Assembly: GCA_964632315.1 (NCBI GenBank)
Contig: CAZWEM010000002.1
Location: forward strand, 1 to 64,000
Source: an uncultured archaeon
GTDB taxonomy: Archaea; Asgardarchaeota; Lokiarchaeia; Sigyniarchaeales; SOKP01
Length of the DNA: 64,000 nt
Direction: 5' to 3'
Below are positions 61,060 to 64,000 of the stretch, in pieces. Each line of letters opens with the position of its first letter. The stretch's first letter is position 1. Position numbers and translations under genes: made by a program. The notes beneath the pieces are model-generated. The model worked only from the letters and a program-made list of their open reading frames with translations, searched no databases and was not told where the DNA came from.

Positions 61060-61680
61060 ATGGAAAAAAGCGCAATCATTATCCTCATTCGAAATCCCAT
61101 ATTAGGTTGTGTAAAAACTAGATTAGCAGCAGATATAGGTGATATAAACGCGCTAAACATATATAAATCGCTTCTTCATTATACACAAGACATAACAAGT
61201 AGCATTGCCTCATCTCGTTTATTATTTTATTCGGATTTTATCGATTTCAATGATGATTGGGAAGATACAACATATAAAAAGTATTTACAGTCTGGAAATG
61301 ATTTTGGAGAGAAGATGTTAACCGCATTTAATATTGCTTTAGCCCAACATGAATTAGCTATAATAATAGGGAGCGATTGTTTCGAATTAAACTCCGAAAT
61401 TATTGAACTTGCTTTTGAAAAGTTAAAAAAGTTTGATGTGGTCCTTGGTCCAGCAAAAGATGGGGGTTATTATCTAATGGGATTGAAAAAAGGTTACCCT
61501 GAACTATTTCAAGATAAAAATTGGAGTACAGATTCAGTTTTATCAGAAACTCTCAACACAGTAAAAAACTTAAAGCTGAGTTATTCTCTATTACCACTTC
61601 TTGGTGATATTGATACATTAGAGGATCTCAAGGAATCACAATTATATGAACAACTTGACCTTAAATCCAAAATAACTTGA
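61060..61680 (+). CDS. DUF2064/TIGR04282-type nucleotide-diphospho-sugar transferase-like protein
   Basis: G.VKTRLA, Q.G.DFGEKM, IGSDC, LGPA.DGGYYL.G, WST..V, DIDT.EDL. Confidence 0.9.
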   Translation: MEKSAIIILIRNPILGCVKTRLAADIGDINALNIYKSLLHYTQDITSSIASSRLLFYSDFIDFNDDWEDTTYKKYLQSGNDFGEKMLTAFNIALAQHELAIIIGSDCFELNSEIIELAFEKLKKFDVVLGPAKDGGYYLMGLKKGYPELFQDKNWSTDSVLSETLNTVKNLKLSYSLLPLLGDIDTLEDLKESQLYEQLDLKSKIT

Positions 61681-61701
61681 TTACCCAAAAAGGAAATCAT
61701 C

Positions 61702-62514
61702 TTGAAGAACATCGAAAAAAAATTCATTGATACTCCAAAGATAAGTATTATAATAATAACATTAAATGAAGTAAATACATTAGAAAAATGCTTAAATTCC
61801 TTGAGACAAGCCGCAAAATTTCCAACAAAAAAAAGAAGCATTCCCATTGAAATTATTGTTAGTGATGGAGGATCAACCGATGGAACAATAAAAGTCGCTG
61901 AAAAATTTGCTGATACAATAATTAGAACTTCGCCTAGTCGTTACCTTCAGTGCAATATGGGAGCAAAAATAGCGCGATCCGATAATCTTTTATTTTTGCA
62001 TTCTGATACACTTCTCCCACCAAATTCCTTACTTCGAGTCGTACACTTTCTTAATAATCCAACCTTTATTGGAGGGTCATTTTCAAAAAAATGGGTTTGG
62101 TCGCAAAATTTTAGCCCTTCCAGTTTCATAAAGTTTGCTGTTTTTATCTTTCAAGGTATTGGAAACTTGCTCTCCAGAACTTTTCTGGCATACCCAGCGG
62201 ATAATGGTATATTCATGCGAAAAAAGATCTTTAATAAGTTAAATGGATTTAGTCAAATGTGGATTTGTGAAGGTTTTGATCTTAGTCTTCGAATGAAAAA
62301 ATTTGCACGAAATTTAAGCGTAACGGATAGAAGATTTCACCGTTATAAAAACGGTATTGCCCGTATTTATATTAACCATGTAAGCACTTCAACTCGCCGT
62401 TTCGAGAAATCTGGTTTTTTTCCAACATTATTCAAGTGGATATTCATTCTTTTTCTATGGGGTTTAGGAATGCCCCAAGAAAAATCGAGGCTATTATTTA
62501 AAAAATGGAATTAA
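61702..62514 (+). CDS. GT2 glycosyltransferase, TIGR04283-like
   Basis: ISIII.TLNE, DGGSTDGT, Q.N.GA, FLHSDT, D.GIF.R...F..L.GF, TS.RRF. Confidence 0.85.
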   Translation: MKNIEKKFIDTPKISIIIITLNEVNTLEKCLNSLRQAAKFPTKKRSIPIEIIVSDGGSTDGTIKVAEKFADTIIRTSPSRYLQCNMGAKIARSDNLLFLHSDTLLPPNSLLRVVHFLNNPTFIGGSFSKKWVWSQNFSPSSFIKFAVFIFQGIGNLLSRTFLAYPADNGIFMRKKIFNKLNGFSQMWICEGFDLSLRMKKFARNLSVTDRRFHRYKNGIARIYINHVSTSTRRFEKSGFFPTLFKWIFILFLWGLGMPQEKSRLLFKKWN

Positions 62515-62624
62515 ATCATTACTGCATACATGAGGTTAGACATTAATAGAATTTAATACATAAAATTAAATATCAAAGAGATAAAAGATTTCAATAATTC
62601 AATAAAATTAGAAGTGATAAATGC

Positions 62625-63428
62625 ATGAGTAGTGAGAATAAGGAACAAACAAACTTGGAAGAATCAAAACAAAAGGAACGTACTCGCAATCGATTGGTGG
62701 GACCTGGTCTTGGATTAGTTGCCTTAGGGATAATCTATTTTATATGGTATATCATGCCTTTTTCAATATCGTTTTTAGAAGGAAAACCGCTATATATCCA
62801 TAATTGGGGGTATAGCATTTGTTATCTTACCATAGGGCTAGCGTGGTATCATAAAAGTATAGTAGCGCGTGTAATTGCATTGATACAAGCATCATATCTA
62901 CCTATTTTAGCTTCTGGCTCTGTTGATCCCTTTATCATGGTTTTAATTATATTTATAACTTTAGCAGTTTTTGGAGTTGTGGTCATTATTGAAAGGAGTA
63001 GAGAGAACTTTTACTTCAAAGAGCGACTACAAAAAAGAACGTGGGAATGGCTTAATTTGCATTTACTTGTGGTATCTTGGTTTTTAATTATACATGTAGG
63101 ATTCTTATTTTTAGTCGTACGAACGCCAACTGAGATTTCTCTTTTAGAAGTTGGATATCCCGTTGGGTGGTTGATCTATTATCCACCAGAAATCATCGAA
63201 ATTTCAACGTGGATGTTCGATATAACGATGATCACTTGGGGAATAGTCGCTTTTTACGAACGATTTAAGATGGGATATAATTTTCAGAATAAACCATGGC
63301 CAAGATGGAGTTTTTGGGTAATAGTCATAGCTATGATTCTTGGTATAGTTGGTTTAATAATACAAGCTCTAACTTATGGATTTCAAGTTAATAATATTTT
63401 AGATTTGCTAAATAATGCTTCTAGTTAA
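62625..63428 (+). CDS. Hypothetical polytopic membrane protein
   Basis: About 7 hydrophobic segments. Confidence 0.75.
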   Translation: MSSENKEQTNLEESKQKERTRNRLVGPGLGLVALGIIYFIWYIMPFSISFLEGKPLYIHNWGYSICYLTIGLAWYHKSIVARVIALIQASYLPILASGSVDPFIMVLIIFITLAVFGVVVIIERSRENFYFKERLQKRTWEWLNLHLLVVSWFLIIHVGFLFLVVRTPTEISLLEVGYPVGWLIYYPPEIIEISTWMFDITMITWGIVAFYERFKMGYNFQNKPWPRWSFWVIVIAMILGIVGLIIQALTYGFQVNNILDLLNNASS

Positions 63429-63573
63429 ATATTTAAGCGAATTTTGAATTAAAAAAGAAATTTCTTCAAGTTTCCCTTGAAGAAAAAAGCATAATATTAA
63501 ATTGCCTTTCTTTTTTTCTTTTTAAAAAATTTAGATTCCCTTTTTATAGTTCTAATAACTTTATTTCTCAAAG

Positions 63574-64000
63574 ATGGATATAGAAAAAATCTGGAATGAA
63601 GGGGATTGGACTAAGATGGCACGTGATATGACACGTGCTATTCAAAATTTCCCAAAAGATTCGAAAGTCATCTTGATAGTAAGACATTCCCATAGAAATG
63701 AACCAACTGGTTCAGAAAAGTTATACAAGCTTAAATTAACTCCATTAGGTCATGAAATTGCTAAGAGGTTTGGTGAAGAATTACCTAAAAACAGACCCAT
63801 TCAACTATATCATAGCGTAGTATGGCGATGTCAGGAAACAGCAGAAGATTTCTTAGAAGGTTTTCAGAAAAAATCAGGTAAAGGAGCGATTAAAGGGAGT
63901 TTGAAAGTATTATATGATATAGGTGCTTCACCAAACTTTTTCGATGATTTGTTTAAAGAAAAAGAACCCTTTGATCCAACGCGGTTCTTACATTTATGGG
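63574..64000 (+). CDS. Histidine phosphatase family protein (runs off the window end)
   Basis: MDIEKIW...ILIVRHSHR...LTPLGHE.A..FG...HS...RCQETA; missing from the ORF track because it has no stop in the window. Confidence 0.8.
   Translation, partial: MDIEKIWNEGDWTKMARDMTRAIQNFPKDSKVILIVRHSHRNEPTGSEKLYKLKLTPLGHEIAKRFGEELPKNRPIQLYHSVVWRCQETAEDFLEGFQKKSGKGAIKGSLKVLYDIGASPNFFDDLFKEKEPFDPTRFLHLW

Overview
AT-rich, gene-dense archaeal chromosome segment, most likely from an Asgard archaeon of the Lokiarchaeia type. The assignment rests on an archaeal S13-S4-S11 cluster, an HMf-fold histone with a basic tail, a Rab-like small GTPase, CofC, TrmB, DUF211/DUF2299 proteins and UGA-recoded redox enzymes. 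I found no rRNA, tRNA, CRISPR array or transposase. Main points: (1) The ORF track breaks up a selenoprotein operon, hdrA (two in-frame UGA) - mvhD (one UGA) - FrhB/FpoF-like F420 subunit. A SECIS-like hairpin overlaps the mvhD stop codon. (2) A stand-alone helical protein resembles eukaryotic FAM92/CIBAR BAR domains. (3) A methyltransferase - radical SAM - TIGR04282-like - TIGR04283-like cluster suggests an uncharacterised modified-sugar pathway. (4) A cold-shock domain is fused to an RhlE-type DEAD-box helicase. (5) The histone has a tail and an altered tetramerisation interface. (6) One protein is flanked by ERERL pentad arrays. Also present: a cryptic PurN-like formyltransferase, a kinase-like DUF6206 protein, a non-pyrrolysine MttB/MtbA pair, and two single-base disruptions (an amber codon in an SDR gene, a frameshift at the acdA start). 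All family assignments come from motif recognition by eye; no searches were run.
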